64,000 bases of DNA from an uncultured Clostridium sp. (GTDB lineage Bacteria; Bacillota; Clostridia; TANB77; CAG-508). Made by a program: the position numbers and the translations under genes. Under the pieces are notes generated by a model, which was not told where the DNA came from, did no database searches, and was given only the letters and a program-made list of their open reading frames with translations. Where the stretch lies: the NCBI GenBank assembly GCA_948470605.1, contig CAOKPI010000006.1:85-64084 (forward strand), in the 5' to 3' direction. This document shows positions 49,054 to 58,401 of this stretch, one piece after another (position 1 is the first letter of the stretch; each line of letters starts with the position of its first letter).

Positions 49054-50655
49054 TTATTTATTTAAATTCTTTAATTGATGATTTTCAAATGTATAAAACT
49101 TATTGCATATTTCATTTATTTTTTCATTATGTGTAGCAATTATTAAAGTTTTATTTTTAAAATATTTTAAAATAAAATTTACAACAATTTCTTCAGTATG
49201 TTTATCTAAATTAGAAGTCGGTTCATCTAAAATATAAATATTTTTATTCATTAAATAACTTCTTAAAATGTTGATTCTTCTTTTTTGACCAGTAGAGAGC
49301 TTTAAACCCTTTTCACCCACGATAGTATAAATATTATCTTCAAACATTAATACCTCATTTAATTCTAATTCTTCTAAATATTTTATGATTTCTTCATCTG
49401 ATATTTTTTTATCTAAACACAAATTATCTTTTATAGACATATTAAAGAGTTCAATTTCTTGACTTACTGTTCCAATATCTAATTTAACATCCTTTAAGTT
49501 TTTGCTATCAATAGAAACTTGCCCTTTGTAAGAATCAATATTACCTAAGATTAAATTTATAATTGATGTTTTGCCTTGACCAGATTGTCCTGTAATTGAT
49601 ATTTTATCGTTCTCATTGATTATAAGGTTATCAACTTTTATTTCTAAATTTGATTTAGGATACTGAATTACAATGTTAGATAATTTAATTTCTTTAAAAG
49701 ATTTAAGTTCCTTTCTATTATCTAAATTTTTAAATATAGATAATAGTTTGTTTTTAATTGCTTTAAGTTCATACCAACTTATTATAGTTCCAGATAATTC
49801 TTCAAATACAAACCCCATTTCTACTTGTAATGAAATATAGAAAGTAATTATTCCAAGTGTATCAATTCCATTTGATAAATCAATGGCAGCCTTTATAAGC
49901 CCCAAAAAGAAAGGTACAACTATCAATATATTGCGTAATGCTTCTTCAAAAGAATAATACTTAACATACTTTTTATTTTCGTTATAACACTTTTTACCTT
50001 CTCTGCTAATTTTATTAACAAAGTAATCATCATCATTTAGTAATTTTACAGTACGAATATTACTTATAAAATCATTGTATACTGATGAATACTCATATTC
50101 TTGATCATATAGTTTTTCTACTTGAGTATTCGCTTTTTTTAATATTCTAATACTTAAAAATATACAAATAGCACTTGTAATAAAAGAACTAACAAAAAGT
50201 ATTATGGATTGATTATATAGTGTATAAAACAAGAAGATAAAAGTTATGATTATACTTACATATTCCGCTTGCAATATTTTTTTTACTAATTCACTAATTT
50301 TCACAATTATGTTTTCAAAATACCCAGTTTGATATTTTGAAATTGTTTCAACTGGTAATTTACTTAATTTCTTATAATATTCTTGCCATTGAACGTTTGA
50401 ATATTCATATAAATAATTATCACTATATTTTCTTAATAAGTAATTTCCTACAACACGAAGCGTTTTAGAAATCATAAAAATAGCTATAACAATAATTGCT
50501 TTTTCAACTGTAAAAGGTAAAGTTAAAAACAAAGTAAACGCAAATGGAACAAAATAATAAATAAAATCCAAAAATGCTTCTATTAATAAACAGATTGTTA
50601 TTTTCTTCTTATCTAGACTCTTAAATATAAAATTAATATTATTATCCTTTTTCAT
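49054..50655 (-). CDS. ABC exporter, fused permease and ATP-binding protein
   Basis: 533 aa; N-terminal 5-6 TM helices; Walker A GQSGQGKTS, signature LSTGQKRR, Walker B IYILDEPTSNLD. Confidence 0.85.
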   Translation of the reverse strand: MKKDNNINFIFKSLDKKKITICLLIEAFLDFIYYFVPFAFTLFLTLPFTVEKAIIVIAIFMISKTLRVVGNYLLRKYSDNYLYEYSNVQWQEYYKKLSKLPVETISKYQTGYFENIIVKISELVKKILQAEYVSIIITFIFLFYTLYNQSIILFVSSFITSAICIFLSIRILKKANTQVEKLYDQEYEYSSVYNDFISNIRTVKLLNDDDYFVNKISREGKKCYNENKKYVKYYSFEEALRNILIVVPFFLGLIKAAIDLSNGIDTLGIITFYISLQVEMGFVFEELSGTIISWYELKAIKNKLLSIFKNLDNRKELKSFKEIKLSNIVIQYPKSNLEIKVDNLIINENDKISITGQSGQGKTSIINLILGNIDSYKGQVSIDSKNLKDVKLDIGTVSQEIELFNMSIKDNLCLDKKISDEEIIKYLEELELNEVLMFEDNIYTIVGEKGLKLSTGQKRRINILRSYLMNKNIYILDEPTSNLDKHTEEIVVNFILKYFKNKTLIIATHNEKINEICNKFYTFENHQLKNLNK

Positions 50656-51225
50656 TTTCTATACCACCTAAAGTTTTTATTCTACTAAATTATACTATAA
50701 ATGTTAAAAAATTCATATACTCCCATTGAAATTTAGTAACGATTCATTTATAATATTTATAGAAAGAGAAAATAGTTCGTAACTTGTATGTGATTCGCTC
50801 CATTAAGTAAAATCGTCGCACCAGACGAAAGTATTGAAAAATCAACTGTAAAGGTTGATTTTTTCTATTTTGTAGAAATTTTCAACTGTAAAGAAGAAAA
50901 GCTTTGTACAAAATAGTTATGCCAACGTTACAAATTCTTAGAGTTTTGCTTTTTAGAATTTGTTAGTCCGTTTTTTGTCTAGGGTAAAATAATTCTCTTC
51001 CATAAATTGCTAATTACATTAACAAAAATATTTTCTAACAAGCACTGAATTTTTCTTCCCTAGTCAAAATTCGAAATTTGGGACTAAGTCCCAAGCCCTT
51101 TATAAAATAGTTTAAGAAATATTATTTTTTATATTGTGAAATAAAAATATTTATGATATTATTTAGTCACATAAATATTACTTACATAAGAACATAAAAA
51201 TAGAAATTTAGAAGGGAATTTAAAA

Positions 51226-51660
51226 ATGAAAAACATTATAGTTGGTGTATGTATAAAAAAAGATGGAAAAATTTTGATGGTTCAAGAAGCAAGAAAAAAA
51301 GTATATAAAATGTGGAATTTTCCTATGGGACATTTAGATAATGCAGAAACAATTTTTGAAGGAGCAAAAAGAGAAGTAAAAGAAGAAACTGGTTATGAAG
51401 TGGAATTGACAAGTATAATTTCAATACAGAATTATCCTAATAAAGAGAATATAAAAATAACATTTAATGCTAATATAATAGATGGAGATATTTCGTATGA
51501 TAAGAATGAAGTATTAGATGTAAAATGGATTTCTATAGAAGAATTAGAGAATATGACTAGCAAAGAATTAAGAGCCTACAATTCAAGTAGAGATATAATA
51601 AAAGATGCAAAAGAAAATAAAGGATATCTTTTAGAAATTATTAAGAAATTGGTGTATTAA
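51226..51660 (+). CDS. NUDIX hydrolase
   Basis: Nudix box GHLDNAETIFEGAKREVKEETGYEV. Confidence 0.85.
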   Translation: MKNIIVGVCIKKDGKILMVQEARKKVYKMWNFPMGHLDNAETIFEGAKREVKEETGYEVELTSIISIQNYPNKENIKITFNANIIDGDISYDKNEVLDVKWISIEELENMTSKELRAYNSSRDIIKDAKENKGYLLEIIKKLVY

Positions 51661-51710
51661 TTATGTTTAACATATACAAACATTAACATTATATAATTTT
51701 GAAAAGGAGA

Positions 51711-52469
51711 ATGAAAAAAGTGGAGATTAGTAAAGACTATAATAAATATTATGAAAAGCTAGGCAATGAATATAATAATATTCGTTTAGATGTTAAAAAT
51801 GACAGAGAAAATGTTATTGGAATTATAAAAAAATATTCGAACTCTAAAAATGCAAAAATTCTAGACATTGGGTGTGGTACAGGAAAATATGGAGAAATGC
51901 TGCAAGAAAATGGATATAAAGTTGTTGGAATAGATAAATCTGAAACTCAAATTCATCAAGCAAAGCAATTAATTGAAGCCTATAAAGGAGATGCCATAAA
52001 CTTACCATTTAAAGATGAGTCATTTGATATTTGCACAATGATTATAATGATTCAACAATTATCAAAAAAAGATAGAATAAAGGCATTTGAAGAAGCACAT
52101 AGAGTTGTAAAAACAAATGGTATATTGCTTATAAAAACTTGTTCTCATGAAGATTTGCAATATAGATTTACAGCTAAATTTTTCCCAAAAACTCTTGAAA
52201 TAGATAAAACAAGATATCCAGATATAACTGAATTAAAAAACGAATTATCAATTTTTTCAAAAATAGAAATAGAAAATTCATCTATAATTGTTGAAAAAAG
52301 CAAAGAAAAATATTTAGACCAATATAAAAAAAGAGGTACTTCAAACTTTAGTTTTCTTACAGATAAAGAAATTTACGAAGGAATAAAAGAATTTGAAAAA
52401 ACTTATAAAGAACAAGACATGATTCAGAAAATTACAAAAAATACTTTTGTAATTGCAAGGAAGGATTAA
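51711..52469 (+). CDS. Class I SAM-dependent methyltransferase
   Basis: Motif I ILDIGCGTGKYG; start uncertain (TTG 51699, ATG 51711 or GTG 51720). Confidence 0.8.
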   Translation: MKKVEISKDYNKYYEKLGNEYNNIRLDVKNDRENVIGIIKKYSNSKNAKILDIGCGTGKYGEMLQENGYKVVGIDKSETQIHQAKQLIEAYKGDAINLPFKDESFDICTMIIMIQQLSKKDRIKAFEEAHRVVKTNGILLIKTCSHEDLQYRFTAKFFPKTLEIDKTRYPDITELKNELSIFSKIEIENSSIIVEKSKEKYLDQYKKRGTSNFSFLTDKEIYEGIKEFEKTYKEQDMIQKITKNTFVIARKD

Positions 52470-52473
52470 TTTT

Positions 52474-53005
52474 ATGAAAAAAGTTTTTATAATTACTGGT
52501 AGAACTGGAGCAGGAAAATCAACTTTATGTCAAAAACTAGAAAAACATTTTAATTATCCACTTCTTAGTTTTGCTTGTATGGGAAAGGAATTTGCTAATG
52601 CAAATGGTTATAACCGTATTAGAGAATGTCATTCAGAAATGGGGTTAAATGTATTTAAAACGAAAATATCTCGGGCATATTTTAAATATAATTAATAAAC
52701 AATTAAGTAATAGAGATGTTGTTATTGTTGATGGACTTTATATAGATGATGTGGTAAGAGTACTGAAAGAAAATTATAATTGTAAGATGATGTATTTAGA
52801 AACAGATAATAATATTCGTTATGAAAGAATATCTAAAAGATTAGGTATTACAATAGAACAGGCTAAAAAAGAAAATGAAATTAAAGAACGATTAAAAGAT
52901 GAGGTTGGAATAGATACATTAATTGAAAGTGCTGATTATGTTATTGATGGCAATAAATCAATAAATGAAATTTTTGAAATTGCAAAACAATTTATAGTAG
53001 AATAA
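52474..53005 (+). pseudogene. P-loop nucleoside/nucleotide kinase-like protein, frameshifted between 52649 and 52695
   Basis: MKKVFIITGRTGAGKSTL Walker A in ORF 52453-52695; the rest (VVIVDGLY Walker B-like ...) is in ORF 52649-53005, one base out of frame. Confidence 0.65.
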
Positions 53006-53047
53006 AATTTTCAAAAAGATTGTACTGAAAATCAAAAGACAATACTT

Positions 53048-53638
53048 CTACTTAGTAGTATTGTCTTTTGATTTTGCTTTATTGATTGCCTTTTGAAAAA
53101 TTTCGTAATAAGGTTCTAATTCTTCTTTTGCGAAATCCAAAGAAAGAATATTATGTTTTTCATTCAACTTAAAATTCAATTGTTCAAGTTCTTTATCAAA
53201 ATTATGAAATCTACGACCTAACATAGAAGAATAATAAAGAACACCTTTCGGATGAATAAATTTATAACAATCACTGTTTGCTACTACTTCGGCTTCTAAG
53301 CTAAAGAATCTTTCTGAACCATGATGTTGTTCTACACATTTTATAATATTTTCTTTAGTATTTGCATCTAAAACAGTTTCTTTAAGAATTTCCTTTGTTG
53401 CATCAGATGACATTGATATATGTTGTTTTGGAGTTCCTAAATATGAAGCTTCAGGAAGTTTACAATCCATTAATGATATACCAATTTTTACAATATTTTC
53501 ATCTGCACCATACTTTTTAGCTAATCTAACTCCTGCATCTAAAGAAATATCATATAAAAATTCCATATCAGGATTATATTTTTGTATTTCAGCTCTATTA
53601 AAATCATTAGCAGTTTTAACTAAATTTTCCATATTCAT
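53048..53638 (-). CDS. HD-domain-like hydrolase
   Basis: 196 aa, VEQHHGSE and SDCYKFIHP motifs; weak assignment. Confidence 0.5.
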   Translation of the reverse strand: MNMENLVKTANDFNRAEIQKYNPDMEFLYDISLDAGVRLAKKYGADENIVKIGISLMDCKLPEASYLGTPKQHISMSSDATKEILKETVLDANTKENIIKCVEQHHGSERFFSLEAEVVANSDCYKFIHPKGVLYYSSMLGRRFHNFDKELEQLNFKLNEKHNILSLDFAKEELEPYYEIFQKAINKAKSKDNTTK

Positions 53639-53836
53639 AACATATCACTCCACCTTATTAACTTTAATTGTATTATATACCATAACATTAATATTTTCAA
53701 CTGCATATTCAAAAAATGAGAATAAAGAGAATTGAAAATTAATATATACAAATTATAGAATGTATGCTATACTAATTTTAATAGTTGATAGGTCAATTAT
53801 TTTTTTGAGTAAAATCTGGGAGAAATACTATTAAAA

Positions 53837-54892
53837 ATGGATAAAGAATTAATAGCAGAAATAGAATTAATGAAAAAGATGAGACAACCAATCATTGATT
53901 GGTATCAAAAAAATAAAAGAGAATTGCCATGGAGAAAAGAAAAAAATCCTTATCACATATGGATTTCTGAAATCATGTTACAACAGACAAGAATAGAAGC
54001 GGTAAAACAATACTATGAGCGATTCTTAAAGGAAATTCCCACTATACAAGATTTAGCAGAAATAGAGGAAGAAAAATTATTAAAATTGTGGGAAGGATTA
54101 GGTTATTATAATCGTGCCAGAAATTTAAAAAAAGCAGCTCAAGTTATTCAAGAAAAATACAAAGGGCAAATGCCAAAACATAATAAAGAATTAGTGGAAT
54201 TGCCAGGAATTGGGGAATATACAGCAGGAGCCATTAGTTCGATTGCCTATGATGAACCAGTACCAGCAGTGGATGGAAATGTACTCCGTGTTGTAAGTAG
54301 AGTTGTAGGAAGTAAAAAAGACGTTTTAGAAAATAAAACAAAGAAGGAGTTTAGCGAGAAATTACAAGAAATTATGCCAAACCAAGCAGGAGATTTCAAT
54401 GAGGGACTAATGGAATTGGGAGAATTAATTTGTATTCCAAATGGAGAGCCATTGTGTGAAAAATGTCCTTTGCAAGAAATTTGTATTGCTAAAAAGAGAG
54501 ATTTAACAGATGTGATTCCTGTTCGTAATCAGAAAATTAAGAGAAGGAAAGAAGAAAAGACGGTATTCCTATTGGAGTTTGAAGGTAACATAGCGATTCG
54601 AAAAAGACACAAAATGGGTCTATTGGCTAATATGTATGAATTTCCTAATATTGATATAAAGATAAAGAAAAATGAAATAGCATCAGTCATACAAAGTTGG
54701 GGACTAATGGGTAATCAAATTGAAAAAATTGGAACACATCATCATATATTTTCTCATATTGAATGGGATATGATAGGGTATAAGATTAAAGTAAATACTA
54801 TGAATACAGAGTTTATATGGGTGGAAAAAGATGAGATTTTAGAGAAATATCCGATACCAGGTGCTTTTGTACCATTTCGTGATAAAATGTAA
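53837..54892 (+). CDS. mutY: A/G-specific adenine DNA glycosylase
   Basis: LPWRKEKNPYHIWISEIMLQQTR, GLGYYNRARNL, GIGEYTAGAI, Fe-S cluster CIPNGEPLCEKCPLQEIC, NUDIX-like C-terminus. Confidence 0.92.
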   Translation: MDKELIAEIELMKKMRQPIIDWYQKNKRELPWRKEKNPYHIWISEIMLQQTRIEAVKQYYERFLKEIPTIQDLAEIEEEKLLKLWEGLGYYNRARNLKKAAQVIQEKYKGQMPKHNKELVELPGIGEYTAGAISSIAYDEPVPAVDGNVLRVVSRVVGSKKDVLENKTKKEFSEKLQEIMPNQAGDFNEGLMELGELICIPNGEPLCEKCPLQEICIAKKRDLTDVIPVRNQKIKRRKEEKTVFLLEFEGNIAIRKRHKMGLLANMYEFPNIDIKIKKNEIASVIQSWGLMGNQIEKIGTHHHIFSHIEWDMIGYKIKVNTMNTEFIWVEKDEILEKYPIPGAFVPFRDKM

Positions 54893-54943
54893 AGAAATCA
54901 TATTGTATTTTGAAACAAATTATTGTATAATAACTATGGATAG

Positions 54944-55035
54944 GGAGTGGTATCGAAGTGGTCATAACGAGCTACACTGGAACTGTAGTAGTCGCGAATA
55001 GCGGCCCGTGGGTTCGAATCCCACTCACTCCGCCA
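54944..55035 (+). tRNA. tRNA-Ser (GGA anticodon), CCA encoded
   Basis: GGAGTGGTATCGAAGTGGTCATAACGAGCTACACTGGAACTGTAG...GTGGGTTCGAATCCCACTCACTCCGCCA; class II tRNA with a long variable arm. Confidence 0.88.
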
Positions 55036-55157
55036 TATTGAGTAGCTTTCGTGATTTTAGAAGGCTACTGTTTTTTATAAAAATGTTACCATACTAGCCA
55101 AAACTTGTCCCAATAATAAGGCGAGTTATGATTGAGAATGAAAAGAGGTTAAAAATA

Positions 55158-55616
55158 ATGAAAATAGGATTTACCATTGGCAAATTTGCACCATTACATA
55201 AAGGACATCAATATCTGATAGAAAAAGGTTTAAAAGAAATGGACAAGTTCTATGTCATTATTTATGAAACAAAAGTAACAGAAATCTCAATTGAAATTAG
55301 AGCCAATTGGATTAAGAAAATCTATCCAGATGTCAATATAATTTATGCCAAAAATCCACCGATTCAATATGGTTTAGATGAAGAAAGCGTAAAAATACAA
55401 ACGGATTACTTAAAAGAAATGGTTAAAGGAATACAAGTGACACATTTTTATAATAGTGAACCATATGGTAAATTTGTAGCGAGAGACTTAGGTGTGAAGG
55501 AAATACAAGTTGACCGAAAGAGAGAAAAGTTTCCAATTAGTGGTACAGAGATTCGTAAAGGATTAAAAAATAAGGAAAATTTTTTAGAGGAAATTGTGTA
55601 TAAGGATTTAAAATAA
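55158..55616 (+). CDS. NadR-type/cytidylyltransferase-family nucleotidyltransferase (NMN adenylyltransferase-like)
   Basis: GKFAPLHKGHQYLI matches the (T/H)xGH nucleotidyltransferase motif. Confidence 0.7.
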   Translation: MKIGFTIGKFAPLHKGHQYLIEKGLKEMDKFYVIIYETKVTEISIEIRANWIKKIYPDVNIIYAKNPPIQYGLDEESVKIQTDYLKEMVKGIQVTHFYNSEPYGKFVARDLGVKEIQVDRKREKFPISGTEIRKGLKNKENFLEEIVYKDLK

Positions 55617-55715
55617 TAAATTTTGTCTTAAGAAAAGTTTTTGATAAAATTAAGAAAAAATAAATAGAATTTTTAAAATTATTATGCTAGAATAAATCCA
55701 ACAGAATGGAACATA

Positions 55716-55795
55716 GGAGATAGGACATGGGGACGTAGATAATGTCCCTATCTATAATTAGAGGGACATTATCTACGTCCCCATGTCCTATCTCC
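55716..55795. repeat. Palindromic GGGAC element, copy 2
   Basis: GGAGATAGGACATGGGGACGTAGATAATGTCCCT-atctataattag-AGGGACATTATCTACGTCCCCATGTCCTATCTCC; the arms are near-identical to copy 1 at 6654-6760. Confidence 0.9.
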
Positions 55796-55854
55796 TAAAG
55801 AAATGTGACAAAAAGGGGCGCCCCTCTTGTCATAAGAGAAGAAAGGAGAACGGA

Positions 55855-56763
55855 ATGGAAAGAACCGTATTACAATGTGAAAATTTAAACAAGAAATTTG
55901 GCAAAAAGCAAATATTAAACAATGTTTCTTTTGCCATTGAAGAAGGAGACATTTTAGGTTTTATTGGACCAAATGGAGCTGGAAAAACAACCACCATCAA
56001 ATTGATATTAGGGTTGCAAAATATTACAGAGGGAAAGGTTAGTATTAATGGTTATGATATTGAAAGCCAATTTACAAAAGCAATCGAAAAAGTGGGAGCT
56101 ATTGTAGAAAATCCAGATTTATATATGTATTTATCTGGTTATGAAAATTTAAAATTAATTGCTAATTTGTATGCTAATATTAATCCGGCTAGAATTGATG
56201 AAGTAGTGAAGCTAGTTAAATTGGAGAATCGAATCCAAGATAAGGTTTCCAAATATTCTCTAGGTATGAGGCAAAGGTTAGGAATTGCACAAGCAATTTT
56301 GCATAAACCTAATTTGTTAATTCTAGATGAACCAACCAATGGATTAGATCCAGAAGGAATTAAGGAAATGAGAGAACTTCTCGTAGATTTAGCTCAAAAA
56401 GAGAAAATGGCAATTTTAATATCTAGTCATAATTTAGCTGAATTGGATAATTTGTGTAATAAAGTTTGTATTATTAAAAATGGAGAAATTATTGAAACAA
56501 GTGATATTTCTGGAATTAAAACTCAAGCAGGAAAGCAGTTCAAAATATTTGAGGTAGAGGATAGTAAAAAGATAAAAGCCTTGTTGCCAGAAGCAGTTGT
56601 TATGGGAGATAACAAATTTAAACTAGATATACCAAAAGAAGAAATACCAGAAATTATTATAAAATTAGTAGAAAATCAAATTAAAATTTATGGAGTGAAA
56701 GAGGAAGAAAAATCCTTAGAACAAGCATTTTTTGAAAAGACAGGAGGGAATGTAATTGAGTAG
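55855..56763 (+). CDS. ABC transporter ATP-binding protein (ABC-2 type)
   Basis: GPNGAGKTT Walker A, YSLGMRQRLGIA signature, LLILDEPTNGLD Walker B; AAGGAGAA RBS before ATG 55855. Confidence 0.9.
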   Translation: MERTVLQCENLNKKFGKKQILNNVSFAIEEGDILGFIGPNGAGKTTTIKLILGLQNITEGKVSINGYDIESQFTKAIEKVGAIVENPDLYMYLSGYENLKLIANLYANINPARIDEVVKLVKLENRIQDKVSKYSLGMRQRLGIAQAILHKPNLLILDEPTNGLDPEGIKEMRELLVDLAQKEKMAILISSHNLAELDNLCNKVCIIKNGEIIETSDISGIKTQAGKQFKIFEVEDSKKIKALLPEAVVMGDNKFKLDIPKEEIPEIIIKLVENQIKIYGVKEEEKSLEQAFFEKTGGNVIE

Positions 56764-58216
56764 ATTGATTAAGAATGAATTAATTAAAGTTTTCAAGAAG
56801 AAAAGTATTTATATTACGTTATTCGTTATTTTAGCTTTTGTTATTTTAACGAATTGTATTTATAAATTCTTTTACCATAGTGGCAGTTATCATGAATACA
56901 ATGATAATTATGTTCAATATTTGAAAGAGGATTTAGCCAAATTGGACCCCAATAAACCAAGTGATACCAAAATGTACATTGACCTAAAATCAGAGTTAGA
57001 CATCTATGAAATGAAGCAAAAATATGAAACAGGAACTTGGCAAAGAAATGTCTTATCAAGTCAAGTTAGCAGTTATGTGAGTGAGAAGAATACCTATTTA
57101 TATGGAGAAAGTAAAGATACAGAAAAAGTAGCAGAAATAGAAAAAACCATCAACAAAATTTTAGAAAAATTAGAACAAGACGATTGGAGATATTTTGCAC
57201 AAGAAGAGTTAAATCAAGCAAAAACAGCATTAACCACGTTAGAAAACCAAAAAGCAAATACAGAAGATAAGCAAGAATTACAGTCATTAGAAGAGGCTAT
57301 CAAAAGTGCTAACATCGACAAAGAAATAGCAGAAATTCGAGTGAACAAAGATATTAAATATGGAGAGGATTTTAGAAACGCAGCCTTAGGAATCTATCAA
57401 GAGGAAGCTAAAAATATCATCAACATAGAAAGTAATGCACAAGAATTAAAATATGAAGAAAAGCAAGACTATAATCAAAGTATCGAAAAACGAGAAATTA
57501 ACAAATACATTTTAGAAAACAATGTGGATATCAATAAACAAAACGATGTGAGAGGTATTTTGAAAAGCCTTTTTAATGAATATGGCTTGTTTATCATTGT
57601 TATGATTATTATGATTGCAGGAACCATCGTCAGTGAAGAATTCAACAAAGGAACCATCAAATTATTACTAGTTAAGCCATATAGAAGAAATAAAATATTA
57701 CTAGCCAAATTTATCACTGTTTTCCTTATGATTGCATTTTCCATCCTGGCAGTCGTTGTTATGGAACTACTAGTAGGTGGCATTATTTTTGGATATGATA
57801 GTTTATCTGTGCCGATTTTGGCATATGATTTTACAACACAGAGTCTGGAAAGCTTAAATATTTTCAGCTATTTGGGAATCGAAATTATGACACAATTACC
57901 AAAACTTATTTTATTGGCAACACTTGCTTTTGCTTGTAGTACATTATTTACCAATAGTGCGGTAGCAATTGCGATTCCGTTGTTGGGCTATATGTCAGCT
58001 GATATGATTAATATGTTAGTGATACAATTTAAAGTACAATTTATGAAATTTTTTGTTAGCTTGAATTGGAACTTTGAAGAGTACCTATTTGGAAATTTGC
58101 CGAAAATGGAAGGCATGACAGTAGGTTTTTCAATTGTAATTTGTATGCTATATTTTGTAGTTATGCTAATACCAACCTTTATTGTTTTCAAAAAGAAGAA
58201 TATTAAAAACATTTAA
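56756..58216 (+). CDS. ABC-2 type permease with a large extracytoplasmic coiled region
   Basis: 486 aa; one N-terminal TM helix, a ~230 aa hydrophilic segment, then 5 TM helices; overlaps the ATPase gene stop; TTG start behind AGGAGGGA. Confidence 0.75.
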   Translation: MSRLIKNELIKVFKKKSIYITLFVILAFVILTNCIYKFFYHSGSYHEYNDNYVQYLKEDLAKLDPNKPSDTKMYIDLKSELDIYEMKQKYETGTWQRNVLSSQVSSYVSEKNTYLYGESKDTEKVAEIEKTINKILEKLEQDDWRYFAQEELNQAKTALTTLENQKANTEDKQELQSLEEAIKSANIDKEIAEIRVNKDIKYGEDFRNAALGIYQEEAKNIINIESNAQELKYEEKQDYNQSIEKREINKYILENNVDINKQNDVRGILKSLFNEYGLFIIVMIIMIAGTIVSEEFNKGTIKLLLVKPYRRNKILLAKFITVFLMIAFSILAVVVMELLVGGIIFGYDSLSVPILAYDFTTQSLESLNIFSYLGIEIMTQLPKLILLATLAFACSTLFTNSAVAIAIPLLGYMSADMINMLVIQFKVQFMKFFVSLNWNFEEYLFGNLPKMEGMTVGFSIVICMLYFVVMLIPTFIVFKKKNIKNI

Positions 58217-58219
58217 GAT

Positions 58220-58254
58220 GGGATTAAGGGGGCGTTCTTTAAAATCCCTTTTTC
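58220..58254 (+). terminator. Terminator after the ABC-2 operon
   Basis: GGGATT-aagggggcgttctttaa-AATCCC followed by TTTTT. Confidence 0.7.
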
Positions 58255-58255
58255 T

Positions 58256-58323
58256 GGGACTGGGGGGACACCCCTTGCTTAGGTCAACTCGTAGTGCTAA
58301 GGAAGGGGTATCTCCCCAGTTCC
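58256..58323 (+). ncRNA. GC-rich long hairpin of unknown function (about 26 bp stem; the G:U pairs are valid only on the plus strand)
   Basis: GGGACTGGGGGGA-CACCCCTTGCTTAG...CTAAGGAAGGGGT-A-TCTCCCCAGTTCC. It lies between a terminator and the next promoter and is much more GC-rich than its surroundings. Confidence 0.35.
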
Positions 58324-58341
58324 ACCTTACTCGGTCTCCTC

Positions 58342-58370
58342 TTGTCGAATTTGAAAAAATGTTGTATAAT
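58342..58370 (+). promoter_or_regulatory. SigA-type promoter of the TIGR00266/AIM24-like gene
   Basis: TTGTCG, 17 nt spacer, TATAAT (58365-58370). Confidence 0.6.
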
Positions 58371-58401
58371 AAGCTCATAAAAATAAGAGGAGGAAAAAAA
58401 T

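Larger units (their letters stand above)
45940..51225. mobile_element. Putative Tn4451-like serine-recombinase element with ABC exporter cargo (ends not resolved)
   Basis: The gene order large serine recombinase, small ORF, TnpV-like protein, cargo mirrors tnpX-tnpV-cargo. It lies between tRNA-Thr and a 565 bp non-coding stretch. Confidence 0.4.

Noticed and set aside
45940-50780. Direct repeat of the tRNA-Thr 3' end marking the far end of the serine-recombinase element (GATTCGCTCCATT at about 50793 versus GATTCTGCCTATTGGCTCCATT)
   Set aside because: The match is only about 9-10 nt and interrupted, and serine recombinases do not generate long tRNA duplications. This is not enough to call an att site.
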